A stretch of 64,000 nt of DNA from an uncultured Melioribacter sp. (GTDB taxonomy: Bacteria; Bacteroidota; Ignavibacteria; Kapaibacteriales; Kapaibacteriaceae), in assembly GCA_964393485.1 (NCBI GenBank), contig CAYMTW010000004.1, forward strand, positions 1,863 through 65,862, read 5' to 3'. This document shows positions 40,288-50,910 of the stretch, piece after piece. The notes below the pieces were generated by a model. It saw only the letters and a program-made list of their open reading frames with translations, was not told the DNA's origin and ran no database searches. Position numbers and translations under genes: made by a program. The stretch's first letter is position 1; each line of letters starts with the position of its first letter.

Positions 40288-41162
40288 GTGATTCGGTAAA
40301 GAAGCTCTGGGCCCAGCGTGACAGAGTAACACGTGCCATGACCATTGACGGGACCTTCCGTGCTGCCGTCGTGCACAACACCACGTCGGTGCGCACGGCG
40401 CAGGAGCGTCACGGTCTCGATGGAGTACCGTCGCTTGTGCTAGCGCGCACGATCACGGGTGCAACACTCATGGCCTCGTTTCTCAAGGGCGAAGAACGCA
40501 TGGTTCTGTCGCTCGAAGGTGACGGATTGATCCGCTCAGTAACGGCCGAGGCGATGCAGGTGGGCGAAGTGCGCGGCTACATTACCATGAACAAGAAGCC
40601 GGACGAGAGCCGTGCAACGCCCCTTGGTAAGGGGCTGCTGCGGGTGCAGCGTATCCTCTACGGTGAGTACGAGCCCGTCATGGGCATAGTGGAACTGCGC
40701 CGTGGGGACGTTACAAGCGACCTTGGCTACTATCTGACGCAGTCTGAACAGATTCCTTCGGCTTTTGTTATCGATGTGGCATACGATGAACATCAGAAGA
40801 TCCGGCAGAGCATTGGACTGCTTGTGCAGGCCATGCCCGGAGCGCGTCCGGAGGACATCTTTAAGCTGTACGACGCTATTGATTACCTGGGTCGGCTCAC
40901 AGAATTTGCCGATTCCGGCTACTCTCCCAATGATATTCTGCGACAGATCCTTCCGTCAGAGATCGAGATCATGGCATCTTCTCCCGTGGACTTTTTCTGT
41001 CGCTGTTCGCTGGAGAGATTCACCTCGGCACTGATGACGCTCGACGTCAAGGAGATCATCCAGATGCAGCAGGAGAACCAGCGCGAGCTTGTCTGTCAGT
41101 ACTGCTCGGCGAAGTATGAGCTTCGGAACGAGGACTTCGATCGATTGATCAATCGCTCATGA
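40284..41162 (+). CDS. hslO: Hsp33 redox-regulated chaperone
   Basis: TTSVRTAQERH, YYLTQSEQIPS, GLLVQAMPG, Zn switch CRCS...CQYC. Confidence 0.93.
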   Translation: MSDSVKKLWAQRDRVTRAMTIDGTFRAAVVHNTTSVRTAQERHGLDGVPSLVLARTITGATLMASFLKGEERMVLSLEGDGLIRSVTAEAMQVGEVRGYITMNKKPDESRATPLGKGLLRVQRILYGEYEPVMGIVELRRGDVTSDLGYYLTQSEQIPSAFVIDVAYDEHQKIRQSIGLLVQAMPGARPEDIFKLYDAIDYLGRLTEFADSGYSPNDILRQILPSEIEIMASSPVDFFCRCSLERFTSALMTLDVKEIIQMQQENQRELVCQYCSAKYELRNEDFDRLINRS

Positions 41163-42111
41163 GCGAGGTGATGGCTGCCACGAGCACGATATCATCGGCA
41201 GTGCAGCCACGAGAAAGATCGCAGTAGGGCTTTGCCAGACCTTGCAAGATCGGTCCGAGAGCAACCGCTCCGCCAAGGCGCTGAGTGATCTTGTAGGCAA
41301 TATTGCCGGCGTTCAGATCCGGAAAAATGAGCACGTTGGAATTGCCCTTGAGCACCGAGTCCGATGCCTTGCGATCAGCCACGCTGGGCACGGTAGCGGC
41401 ATCAAACTGAAGCTCGCCGTCGGCCAGCACGTCGGGCCGCACCTGGCGAAAGCGCTCAAAGGCAGATCGCACCTTATCGACCGAGGAGTGCGAGGCGCTG
41501 CCTCTGGTCGAAAAGCTCAGAAACGCAACACGGGGGTCCTCGGCTGTAAGCTTGCGGAAGTTCTCCGCCGCTGATGCGGCAATGTCGGTTAGCTGCTCTG
41601 ATGTTGGTTCGGGCACCACACCGCAGTCGGCATAGAACATGCACGCGTCGGGCCATGCCATGAGAAAGAAGCTCGAGACTACAGATATTCCTGGCGCACA
41701 TCCTATGGTCCAGAGTGCAGCCCGCACGACATCCGGTGTGGTCGAAACCGATCCGGCCACGGCGCCATCGACATTGCCAGTTGCGACCAGTGTGCCGGCA
41801 ACATAGAGTGGGTCGCGGGAGAGCTGGGCGGCCTGCGTCGCAGTAAGCCCCTTTGCCGAGCGACGTGCCAAAAGATGTGCCGTCGTAAGGTCTGAATGAA
41901 TGTCAACGTGTGTGACCTCGACGCCGGAGGGAGCTAGGATCTGGTGAAGGTTCTGTGCCTCATCTATTGAGGCAGCAACGAGAAGTGGACGACAGACACC
42001 ACGGTCGGCACAGCGTAGTGCTGCCTGCTGCACGCGTGGGTCATGCGCATCGGCAAAGGCAATGCGTCGCGCGCGCTGTGATGCCGTGGAGATCAGTCGA
42101 TCGATGATCAA
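41149..42111 (-). CDS. pta: Phosphate acetyltransferase (short form)
   Basis: DGAVAGS, VSSFFLM, ADCGVVPEP, LSFSTRGS, DGELQFDAA, FPDLNAGNIAYK, DLSRGC. Confidence 0.93.
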   Translation of the reverse strand: MIIDRLISTASQRARRIAFADAHDPRVQQAALRCADRGVCRPLLVAASIDEAQNLHQILAPSGVEVTHVDIHSDLTTAHLLARRSAKGLTATQAAQLSRDPLYVAGTLVATGNVDGAVAGSVSTTPDVVRAALWTIGCAPGISVVSSFFLMAWPDACMFYADCGVVPEPTSEQLTDIAASAAENFRKLTAEDPRVAFLSFSTRGSASHSSVDKVRSAFERFRQVRPDVLADGELQFDAATVPSVADRKASDSVLKGNSNVLIFPDLNAGNIAYKITQRLGGAVALGPILQGLAKPYCDLSRGCTADDIVLVAAITSLMSD

Positions 42112-43121
42112 GGGGCTATCCCGATTGCTGATGTCGTTGGCGCAGGCAGCGGAACCAGCTGCGTGCGTGCATCGCCATTTGCATTGTACACGGCTACGGC
42201 AGATGACGATGCCAGTTGGGCAAGGAGTTCGGCGCGAGCTTCATTGTAGGAGAGCCACGTCATGCTCTCGGGTTGAACGGTCGTCACGCGGTTGCGTGTG
42301 CGCGTGCTTACGCGCAACAGCGCGACATTGCTCGCTACAAATGCCTGCTGCGTTGCCGAAACAACGAGTCCCGATGGAGTTGTTTTGATCGCCGTGCTTC
42401 CGCGTGGAATCAGCTCCAGAGGTGCCGTAATCGTCCGAGTTGTAGCGTTGAGGAACTGCATGGTGGCGGCCGTCTGTGCGCCTGGGGTAACCTTGCCTTG
42501 ACCCATCGATACGATGCAAAACTGAGCGCTGGTCGGATCTGATGTCACAAACCACGGCACAGCAGCCGTCGCAATGATGGCCTCAACCTCCAGAGTTCGT
42601 GAGTCAATGATGGCAACAGCGTTGGAGTCTGGCAGGGTTACGCACAGTTGATTGCCATTGGCATCAATGTTCATCGGTCGGCTTGTCATGTTGATGCTGC
42701 GCGCAACACGGTTTACGGTCAAGTCAACGACGTCGATCAAATTCCTGGAGGGAATAGTGACGTAGGCCGTCGTCGCATTCGCAAACGCGATTGACGCTCC
42801 TGGCTCTGCGCTCAGGGCGATCGTGTCAAGAGTGCGCAGTGTGTCGGCATCGAACACGACGATCCACGGACGCTTGCTGTGGAGTAAGAAAATCTTATCG
42901 CGGAAACGACGCATCACATGAGCGGCCGAATCGGTGGGGTCAGTCCAAACAGCACCGCCGGCCAACTGATCGGGAACATCGATCACTGAAACAGCCCCCT
43001 GACGATCAGCGGTAAGAAGACGCCATGTATCATTGAAGCTATCAATGAATGGCTCTTCAGGTGAACAGCCGGCAACGACGAGGGCGATGGCTGAGATCAA
43101 CAGAGTGAGGCGAGACTTCAT
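42108..43121 (-). CDS. YncE/YVTN-type beta-propeller lipoprotein
   Basis: Lipobox VAGC; YVT/V-V-D repeats ([30 protein letters not shown]). Confidence 0.75.
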   Translation of the reverse strand: MKSRLTLLISAIALVVAGCSPEEPFIDSFNDTWRLLTADRQGAVSVIDVPDQLAGGAVWTDPTDSAAHVMRRFRDKIFLLHSKRPWIVVFDADTLRTLDTIALSAEPGASIAFANATTAYVTIPSRNLIDVVDLTVNRVARSINMTSRPMNIDANGNQLCVTLPDSNAVAIIDSRTLEVEAIIATAAVPWFVTSDPTSAQFCIVSMGQGKVTPGAQTAATMQFLNATTRTITAPLELIPRGSTAIKTTPSGLVVSATQQAFVASNVALLRVSTRTRNRVTTVQPESMTWLSYNEARAELLAQLASSSAVAVYNANGDARTQLVPLPAPTTSAIGIAP

Positions 43122-43942
43122 GCGATTCGTCCGATGACGTCGGTGACGAGAGTGGTGAGGATCGGTTCAGCCATAGCGGCTGCTTCCAAGACGTGCTCAA
43201 GGTGAACCGGTTGTAACGAGTCGGGAAAGCATTCGTCGGTAATGATACTGATACCCAGAACGTCCATGTTCATGTGCCGAGCAACGATACACTCCGGTAC
43301 GGTGCTCATGCCGACGACATCAGCTCCGATCAGGCGCAGAAACCGATACTCAGCGCGCGTCTCAAGATTGGGTCCGGTCACGGCCACGTAAACACCTCGG
43401 TGGACCTTCTGCGCGCGCTCAAGAGCACAGCGTTCGGCCAGTTCGAGTAGGCGACGTGAGTATGGCTCGCTCATATCTGGGAACCGAGGGCCGAGTGTTG
43501 GTTCATTGGGACCCACCAACGGATTATCACCAAGCAGGTTGATATGATCATCGATCAGCATAAGCTCGCCGCGGCGGTAGAGCGGATTCATCCCACCGCA
43601 GGCGTTTGAAACGATCAGTGTCGTCACGCCGAGCATCTTCATCACGCGCACCGGGAAGGTGATCTGCTGTAGTGAGTAACCCTCGTACTGGTGAAAGCGA
43701 CCCTGCATCACGACGACGCGTTTACCAGAGATCCACCCGAACACAAGGCGTCCGCTATGGGATTCTACCGTGCTGGTTGGGAAGTGCGGGATGTTCTGAT
43801 AGGGGATTGCAACGTCGATCTCCATACGGTCAACAAGCGCCCCAAGGCCCGTACCAAGAATGATCCCGATAGACGGGACGTCGGACGTGTGGCGACGGAT
43901 CTCGACTACGGCGTCGTTGATCTGCTCGAGGGTAGTGCTCAT
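43118..43942 (-). CDS. Purine nucleoside phosphorylase (trimeric PNP family), Asp-type
   Basis: [47 protein letters not shown]. Start refined to 43942. Confidence 0.93.
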   Translation of the reverse strand: MSTTLEQINDAVVEIRRHTSDVPSIGIILGTGLGALVDRMEIDVAIPYQNIPHFPTSTVESHSGRLVFGWISGKRVVVMQGRFHQYEGYSLQQITFPVRVMKMLGVTTLIVSNACGGMNPLYRRGELMLIDDHINLLGDNPLVGPNEPTLGPRFPDMSEPYSRRLLELAERCALERAQKVHRGVYVAVTGPNLETRAEYRFLRLIGADVVGMSTVPECIVARHMNMDVLGISIITDECFPDSLQPVHLEHVLEAAAMAEPILTTLVTDVIGRIA

Positions 43943-44913
43943 GCGGAAGTGGGTCTGGTGGTCATGGATGATGGGTTTTCGCGAGGGGGCTGCCCTGGAT
44001 ACCAGGGACGTTCCGGGGCGTCCATGCAGGCCACGGAACAAGCACCATTGAATTGATGCGTGCACTCAGGGCATGCAAGGTGCTGCAAATGGCAGCGGTA
44101 ATTACGGCAGTCAACATAGGTCTCGGCAGGCTCGGCGCAATGGTGGCATCGTCCAACGATGCGACGATCGTCCGTATGGTTGATCGCAACGGTGCCTCGA
44201 TCGTCAAAGACATAGCAGAGTCCATCCCAGAGAGCCCCCTTTGTTTCGGGGTCCTTTCCGTACGAAACAATTCCTCCGTCGAGCTGATAGACTTCTTTGA
44301 ATCCGTCACGAAGCATGAACGACGTGAGCTTTTCGCAGCGGATACCTCCCGTGCAGTACGTCAGAATGGGCTTATCGCGGGCGTCGGCAAGATGTGTACG
44401 TATCCATTCGGGAAATTCCCGGAAGGACTCGACGTCTGGACGGATAGCGCCACGGAAATGTCCGATGTCAAACTCGTAATCCGTCCGTCCGTCGAGAATG
44501 ATCACGTCTCCTCGTTCGATGAGCTGCTTCCACTCGACTGGATTCAGGCGCTTACCGGTGATCTCATTGGGGTCCGAGGGCAGGTCAGCCCGAAACGTCA
44601 CCAGTTCCTTCTTTACCCGCACGAAGAGCTTGCTAAACGCATGGCTGTTGGCTTCATCAACTTTAAAGGCCATCGAGGCAAAACGTGTATCGGCTGTCAG
44701 AGCAGCGCGATAACGGTCACAGTCAGCAACCAATCCAGACACTGTTCCGTTGAGTCCTTCGGTGGCCACAAGGATGCGCCCCTTCAGGCCGAGTGATTCG
44801 CATAGACGGCGATGCTCGTCGACAAATGATTCGGGGTCGTCAATGGGGACGAATTGATAATACAGCAGGACGTTATACACTTGGGCTTTGCGGAAGTCGT
44901 CAGGAAAAGTCAC
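43939..44913 (-). CDS. trhO: tRNA uridine(34) hydroxylase, rhodanese-domain
   Basis: [48 protein letters not shown]-terminal Cys cluster. Confidence 0.92.
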   Translation of the reverse strand: MTFPDDFRKAQVYNVLLYYQFVPIDDPESFVDEHRRLCESLGLKGRILVATEGLNGTVSGLVADCDRYRAALTADTRFASMAFKVDEANSHAFSKLFVRVKKELVTFRADLPSDPNEITGKRLNPVEWKQLIERGDVIILDGRTDYEFDIGHFRGAIRPDVESFREFPEWIRTHLADARDKPILTYCTGGIRCEKLTSFMLRDGFKEVYQLDGGIVSYGKDPETKGALWDGLCYVFDDRGTVAINHTDDRRIVGRCHHCAEPAETYVDCRNYRCHLQHLACPECTHQFNGACSVACMDAPERPWYPGQPPRENPSSMTTRPTSA

Positions 44914-44916
44914 CTA

Positions 44917-44967
44917 CAAATCTACGTCCGATCACTCCATTGCATGAGGCGTGAGTTCGTAGATTTG
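44917..44967. promoter_or_regulatory. Mirror-image divergent promoters: 10-bp inverted repeat CAAATCTACG...CGTAGATTTG
   Basis: TAGATTTG on minus (44924-44917, toward trhO) and on plus (44960-44967, toward the TPR operon). Confidence 0.55.
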
Positions 44968-44992
44968 CGATGCAGCAATCAGGAAGTACAGG

Positions 44993-47900
44993 GTGGGTAT
45001 TACGAGTATCAACGTCATACGCTCATGGGCGGTCATGGCCGCATGCGCACTAGCATACACAGCGGCTGGTGCGCAGGAGATCCTGTCCCCGGTGGTGCCG
45101 TCGGTAACCCTAGCACGTGGGGCGCACAGGCAACTTGAGCAGGCCCTGCTGCAGCGCTCGCTTGCCAAGCTGCGCCGCTACACTGGTGACTGGGCGCACA
45201 CGTCCTCAGCCGATTACGTCTGGCTTGACAGAGCCGAGATCGATAGGCGTCGCGAAAACAGGCTCGGCGCCGCGCGCCGGCTCTCCGAGTTCACTGAGCG
45301 CCGGTCGGGATCGCCCCTTGCCAGTGGTGCAATGCTTGAAAGGGGGCTCATGGCCCTCGAAGAGTCGGATCACGCCTCCGGTGCCTTATTGAGCGGCATG
45401 GCAGCCTCGATGGCCATGGAAGCCCATGAAGTGCGCCGTGACACAGTCTATATCCTGATAGCCCAGTTGGCATCATTCTGGGAGGCAACGTCCAGGGCCC
45501 ATCTTGGCGAACTCGATAGGGCACTTGAAGCGTATCAGCGTTCACTCAATGGAGATGATTCGCTTGCCGCGCAGGCGCGCTTTGCCATTGGCCAGGTCTA
45601 TGAGCAGAATGCTCAGGATGCCGAAGCATCGGCTGCTTATGGTGCCGTGTGGACTAAACACCCTCGTCATCCGCTTGCGATTTCGGCTCGCGTACGCCAG
45701 GCCGTGATCGCCCTAGGCAAGCGTCAGGCCGTACGTTCGATTGATCTACTCAACGGAATTGATTCGGCGCTTGTCGGATATGTTGCCGGACATGATCGGA
45801 GTCAGCCACTTGACACGACATCGCTGGACCTGGTTCCGGTGGTTCGGGCACAGGCTCTTGCGCAGGCTGGGCTTTACCAGCGGTCGATCGACACCTGTAA
45901 TGCGTTTCTGCTGCGACGTCCCACGTCACGACTGCGATATCTCGTTGATCTTACGGCTGGATACTCTCACCTGCACCTGGCACGACCAGATTCCGCGCTG
46001 CGTCATTACGATATCATTGTAACGGGGGACGTCGAAGAGTCCTCTGACACTCGCTACCAGGCCCTGCTCTACCGCGCCCTGTGTCTAAAGCGGCTTGGAC
46101 GCGTAGAGGAGGCCGACAAGGATTTCACCGCGCTCTCCATGCAAGGGGGCTATCCGTACAAGTCGCACGCATTGATCGAAGTTGGCCAGACGCAGTATGA
46201 GCGCGGAGACTATGAGCGAGCGGCGCGCGCGCTTGAGCGTGCCGAGCGTGAGGCGCAGGATGCCTCCACGCTGCTGCGTGCACAGATCCTTCTCGCAAGT
46301 GCACAGATGCACCGGCAGCAGTGGGCTAAGGCCGCCACAGTTCTTGAACGTGCCGAGAAGATCGCTGCTGAGGCCCGTGACGAACTCGTGCCGCTTCGGC
46401 AGCGCTACCTGGCCGATGCTCGGCTTCATCGCGGTATTTGCTTTGTCCAGTCGGCACAGGCCCGCAAGGCCATTGCCGCGCTGACGGATTTTCTGGGCAA
46501 CCATCCAACGGATCCCCGACGTGACGAGGCCACCTTCTGGCTGGCCGAGGCGATGTACAAGGAAGATCTTCTCAAGAACGCACAGGAACTCTATGAAGAG
46601 GTCGTGCGCCGCTACACCGCCAGTAATCGTCGCGAAGAGGCCATGTATGGTCTGGCATGGACCTATTTCCGCCGTCGTGATTTTGACCGCTCGTCGAAGG
46701 TCTTTGGTGAACTTATCAGTACCTATCCGGCGTCGAGCTATGCCGCCGAGGCCATGGTGCGGCGCGCCGACGGTCTCTATATCGCCAAGCAGTTTAAGGC
46801 TGCTGCACAGCAGTATGAACAGGCAGCGCGCCGCGGAGGTTCATCTGAGGAGGGGCAGTATGCGGCGTTCCAAGCCGGACAGTCAGCCTATCGCGGCGGT
46901 GAGCTTGGTCGGGCCGTTGAGTTAATGCGCGACTTCGTTCAGCGTTTCCCGAAGAGTCGTCTTGCCGACGATGCGCTGTACCTCATCGGATGGGTTGCTT
47001 TTCAACAGCAGGATGATGCCGGAGCCGTGGCCGAGTTTGAGCGACTACTGCAGGCTTATCCCGACGGAGATCATGCCGTGCGTGCTCTCTACACGATGGG
47101 TGATGCATATTTCAATCTTGGAAGCACAGATGCGGCCATCGGTACCTACCGTGATGTGATGAGCCGGTTCCCATCGCATCCGCTTGCCACCGAGGCGGCG
47201 CGTAGCCTCCAAGATGTTCTGGTGGGTCAGGGACGCACAGAAGAAGCTCTCGTGGTGCTCGATACGCTGATCCGCTCGAATCCGACGTCGATCGCGGCCG
47301 AAGAGTTCGCATGGCGCAAAGCTGAGATCTTCTACTCTGGAAAGAATTTCACCTCCGCCGCCGGCGAATTGCAATCCTACCTCAAGAGCTATCCGTCAGC
47401 TCAACGTCAGGACGAAGCGCTCTATCTTTTGGGCCGCACATATCTGTCGATGAACGACATTGCCCAGGCACGTGAGGCTTTCACGTCGATCGCACGAAAA
47501 GATTCGAAGAGCCGCTACGTGGTCACTTCGTCAATGGATCTTGCTGAGTACTTCACCCGCTCGGCGAATATGTCGTCAGCCGATTCGATCTATCGTATCA
47601 TCGTCCGGGATCACCCCGAGGACACAGTTGCAGCGTCGCTGGCCGGTTACGAAATGGCCGAGCATGCGCGTATGCGCGAAGACACAGCCACGGCATTGGA
47701 ACTGTACCGACAGACAGCCGATGTGTATCCGATGTCCGAGTATGGGGCGCAGGCGCGCTACAAGTTAGCGCAGCTGCACCGGCGCGCCGGACGTCTGGAC
47801 AGCACACGATTTCATCTCAATGTGCTGGCACAACGAACCGATGCACCACTGATCGTTGCTAATGTATTGTACGATCTTGGAACATCGTATATGCGTGAGA

Positions 47901-48127
47901 AGAGCTACGAAATCGCCGTTTCGTATTTCGAGCGGGTTCGTGATGATCATGCCGGGATAGAAGACTGGTACACGCTATCGATGCTAGGGCTGGGTGAGTG
48001 CTACGAAGCCCTCAATCGCAAGCCCGATGCTATGCAGACCTACCAGACGGTGTTGACACTTCGTCCCGATGATGACTATGGCAAGACGGCACAAGCACGG
48101 TTGAAGAGACTTGGAGGCCGGCGATGA
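44993..48127 (+). CDS. Large exported tetratricopeptide-repeat protein
   Basis: Signal-like N-terminus (AGA-QE); many CpoB/BamD-like TPR units (DEATFWLAE, EEAMYGLAW, ADDALYLIG, DEALYLLGR). Confidence 0.85.
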   Translation: MGITSINVIRSWAVMAACALAYTAAGAQEILSPVVPSVTLARGAHRQLEQALLQRSLAKLRRYTGDWAHTSSADYVWLDRAEIDRRRENRLGAARRLSEFTERRSGSPLASGAMLERGLMALEESDHASGALLSGMAASMAMEAHEVRRDTVYILIAQLASFWEATSRAHLGELDRALEAYQRSLNGDDSLAAQARFAIGQVYEQNAQDAEASAAYGAVWTKHPRHPLAISARVRQAVIALGKRQAVRSIDLLNGIDSALVGYVAGHDRSQPLDTTSLDLVPVVRAQALAQAGLYQRSIDTCNAFLLRRPTSRLRYLVDLTAGYSHLHLARPDSALRHYDIIVTGDVEESSDTRYQALLYRALCLKRLGRVEEADKDFTALSMQGGYPYKSHALIEVGQTQYERGDYERAARALERAEREAQDASTLLRAQILLASAQMHRQQWAKAATVLERAEKIAAEARDELVPLRQRYLADARLHRGICFVQSAQARKAIAALTDFLGNHPTDPRRDEATFWLAEAMYKEDLLKNAQELYEEVVRRYTASNRREEAMYGLAWTYFRRRDFDRSSKVFGELISTYPASSYAAEAMVRRADGLYIAKQFKAAAQQYEQAARRGGSSEEGQYAAFQAGQSAYRGGELGRAVELMRDFVQRFPKSRLADDALYLIGWVAFQQQDDAGAVAEFERLLQAYPDGDHAVRALYTMGDAYFNLGSTDAAIGTYRDVMSRFPSHPLATEAARSLQDVLVGQGRTEEALVVLDTLIRSNPTSIAAEEFAWRKAEIFYSGKNFTSAAGELQSYLKSYPSAQRQDEALYLLGRTYLSMNDIAQAREAFTSIARKDSKSRYVVTSSMDLAEYFTRSANMSSADSIYRIIVRDHPEDTVAASLAGYEMAEHARMREDTATALELYRQTADVYPMSEYGAQARYKLAQLHRRAGRLDSTRFHLNVLAQRTDAPLIVANVLYDLGTSYMREKSYEIAVSYFERVRDDHAGIEDWYTLSMLGLGECYEALNRKPDAMQTYQTVLTLRPDDDYGKTAQARLKRLGGRR

Positions 48128-49758
48128 TCACACGTCTTGCGCGAATTGCTCTTTCGCTGTCGGTCCTGATGATCGGCACACTCGCTGCATTTTCCCAGAC
48201 GCAGCCTTCGCCCCCTGTTCAGCCCAATGCTCCGCTGGAGCTTCCGGACTTCCTCGTCACGGGGAAGGCCGTGGTCGATATTGCAGCTGGTGCCAAGGCC
48301 CTGCCATCACGTCCGCCGACATTCTCACTCTCCGAGCTTGACTCGCTGAATCCAACCGAGAAACTTCCACCGCCGCTTGCGGCACGTCGGCCCCTTCCGT
48401 TGTTCACTCGTAAAGAACGAAGCTCGCCCGGCTATGTTGATCTTTCAGGTGGTGCTTACCTGACGCCAGCTCTCGAGGCTGGATATTCGCTTCGTACCGG
48501 TGGTTACACGCTTGATCTTGGAACGCACGTCGAACATTCACAAGGGTGGGTCGAAAACTCAGGGTACACAACGATTCAGGCAAACCTCAACTCCTCCTAC
48601 GTTGCACCCGAAAAGTTTTTGTACTTCGGCAAGGGGCTCACGGAGACCGATCTGCAGATTCGGCAGCAGTCGTATGCACTTTATGGTGACACGCTGCTCG
48701 GGCGCGAGCGATCGAGTACAGCGATCACGGCAGCCGTGACGACGGAGGCCAAGGTGGACAATACCGACATTACTGGACGCTTCGGATGGTCACGAACGGC
48801 TCTGATGACATCGGCGTCTGATTCGTTAGCCGAAGAGTCAGCCACAGATAACTCCATCACGGCCGGTGTTTCGGCGTTGTGGACACAGGGTGGCTCGGGT
48901 AGATCAGCCATTGATGTTGACCTTCGCCTGCAGTCACTCAACGGCAAGTCCTACACGTTTATCGAAGCCTTGTATCAGCGGCGTTGGAAGGGTCAGGCCT
49001 GGTCCTATGCCATTGCGGGTGGACCTCAACTCGGATCGACCACAACCGGAGAAACGCGTCTGGGTCTGCGTGTAGTAGGCATGGGGCAGACCGATTTGAC
49101 ATCTAACTCCACGGTGCGTATCGAGCTTGCTTCTGGACTTCGTCCGACCTCGTATCGAGAGCAGCTGCAGGCAAATCCCTATATCGTTGACTCGGTAAAT
49201 CTCGATCATGCGTATGACCTGGTCGATGCCCGCGTGTCGTTGGCCTATCAGCCGTCGGTGGTCACGTCTATGCTTTTCACTGCGGGATTTCGATCAACCT
49301 CGCGCGAGCGTACGTGGGAGGATGCCACCCAGGGTCGATTCATTCTGTCGTACCGACCAGTAACGGCTCTCTGGGCCGCCGCCGAGGGGACACATGCAGT
49401 GACGGCGCGCGATGTCGTTATCGGCGATCTGCAGTTGACCACTGCTGCGAGTGATTCGGGTCGAACACAGACCTACGTGCCGCTTCTGCGGGCAACACTT
49501 GGTTATGAGCGTTTATGGTCGTCGCAGGTGCGATCCAGCTTGTCAGTGCTCTACACCTCTCAACGCTGGGCCGATGTTGGCAACACGCGAACGGTGGACG
49601 GGTTCATTGATCTCCGTGCTGCCGTTGTCTATGCAGCCAGTGCAACCGTGGATGTTGAACTTCGTGGTGAGAACCTTGTTGATAGCAGTGTGTTCCTGTG
49701 GAACGGCTATCGGGGCAGGGGTATCTTTGTACGTCTTGGAATTCTCTGGAAGTTGTAG
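48124..49758 (+). CDS. Outer-membrane beta-barrel protein with TonB-box-like N-terminus
   Basis: Signal peptide; LPDFLVTG motif; alternating amphipathic strands; TBDR-like C-terminus (GFIDL...LRGENL...GIFVRLGILWKL). Confidence 0.7.
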   Translation: MITRLARIALSLSVLMIGTLAAFSQTQPSPPVQPNAPLELPDFLVTGKAVVDIAAGAKALPSRPPTFSLSELDSLNPTEKLPPPLAARRPLPLFTRKERSSPGYVDLSGGAYLTPALEAGYSLRTGGYTLDLGTHVEHSQGWVENSGYTTIQANLNSSYVAPEKFLYFGKGLTETDLQIRQQSYALYGDTLLGRERSSTAITAAVTTEAKVDNTDITGRFGWSRTALMTSASDSLAEESATDNSITAGVSALWTQGGSGRSAIDVDLRLQSLNGKSYTFIEALYQRRWKGQAWSYAIAGGPQLGSTTTGETRLGLRVVGMGQTDLTSNSTVRIELASGLRPTSYREQLQANPYIVDSVNLDHAYDLVDARVSLAYQPSVVTSMLFTAGFRSTSRERTWEDATQGRFILSYRPVTALWAAAEGTHAVTARDVVIGDLQLTTAASDSGRTQTYVPLLRATLGYERLWSSQVRSSLSVLYTSQRWADVGNTRTVDGFIDLRAAVVYAASATVDVELRGENLVDSSVFLWNGYRGRGIFVRLGILWKL

Positions 49759-49761
49759 CCT

Positions 49762-50910
49762 ATGGACACAAAAGATCCCGTTTGGGATGACGACGAAAGC
49801 GCGCCGAGTACTGACGGATTCCGTCCCCGTACTCAGCCTCCGGCTCCCGAGCCACCGGCCTCGCAGCAGGCCACGCAGAGCGGTCCGGATTCGGTTTTAG
49901 AACCAGTAGCCGAGCCAGCCCCGCATCTCGAATTGCCGAGCGAACCAGAGTCGCCGTCAATTGGTACAGAGATGTCTGGTTCTGAGTCAGCACCAGAGCT
50001 CGAGCCTACTGCGATACCTGTGCCTGGTGCTGATCGTGTTCGCATTGAACCAGTTGACAGTTTCCGCCGACCTGAAGCAGGGGGCTCGCGTGCTGCTCGC
50101 GATCGTCGCCAGCGTAGCTCGACGTCTATGGTGCTTGTGGCACTAATTCTGTTTCTGATCAGCGTCATTAGTATCGGCGTGTACCTTTTTTCCCGCGCAG
50201 CCGACAGCGATTCGGCTGGGGTAGCAGAGCAGGTGGAGTTCATCGACCAGGCGCAACAGGTCACGACGGATTCATCACAGCAGGTACCAGCTTCTCAGGA
50301 TGTACTACCTGCGCCCGCGCCAGAGCAGCCACCAGTCGAGCAAACGCCACCGCCGCCGCCGCCGCCGGGCGCCGGAACGAAGGCTGCACCGACAGCAGCC
50401 AGCGCCGCCGCGTCGGGTCGTGGTGCACGTGAACAGTCCACGCGGACCACAGCTCCCGCTCCAGATCTTGCCGAAAGCCAACCGCCACGCGTTGTTCCGG
50501 AGCCAGAGCCAGCCCCGAAGCCAAAGCCGGAACCTGCGCCGAAGCCTATCGTAAAACCAAAGCCTGAGCCCGCTCCGAAAGCCCCGTCCAAAGAATCGGT
50601 CCGTGAGCAGACTCCGTCTCGCAATTCGGCACCAGCGCCGAGTGCATCCCTGAAGACCACCAAGAGTTCCTCGTCTGCTGGGGCTCAATGGGTCATACAA
50701 GTTCATTCAAGTCCGTCCGTCGATGATGCCGATGAATGGCTCCGCCAGTTACAATCGCGCAACGTCGGTGATGGACGTATCGAGCCCGTCACCCAGCAGG
50801 GCAAGGTCTGGTATCGCGTCCGTTTTGGACGCTATGCCACACGGGAAGAGGCCGAGCAGGCCGCCCTTCAGCTGGGGTATCGAAATGCGTGGATCGATAG
50901 GGTTCGATGA
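49762..50910 (+). CDS. SPOR-domain membrane protein (FtsN/DedD/DamX-like)
   Basis: Acidic N-terminal region, Arg cluster, single TM, Pro-rich (PE/PK) linker, SPOR domain (WVIQVHS...WYRVRFGRYATREEA). Confidence 0.85.
   Translation: MDTKDPVWDDDESAPSTDGFRPRTQPPAPEPPASQQATQSGPDSVLEPVAEPAPHLELPSEPESPSIGTEMSGSESAPELEPTAIPVPGADRVRIEPVDSFRRPEAGGSRAARDRRQRSSTSMVLVALILFLISVISIGVYLFSRAADSDSAGVAEQVEFIDQAQQVTTDSSQQVPASQDVLPAPAPEQPPVEQTPPPPPPPGAGTKAAPTAASAAASGRGAREQSTRTTAPAPDLAESQPPRVVPEPEPAPKPKPEPAPKPIVKPKPEPAPKAPSKESVREQTPSRNSAPAPSASLKTTKSSSSAGAQWVIQVHSSPSVDDADEWLRQLQSRNVGDGRIEPVTQQGKVWYRVRFGRYATREEAEQAALQLGYRNAWIDRVR

Noticed and set aside
44053-44796. 247-aa plus-strand ORF
   Set aside because: Antisense shadow of trhO; no recognisable domain.
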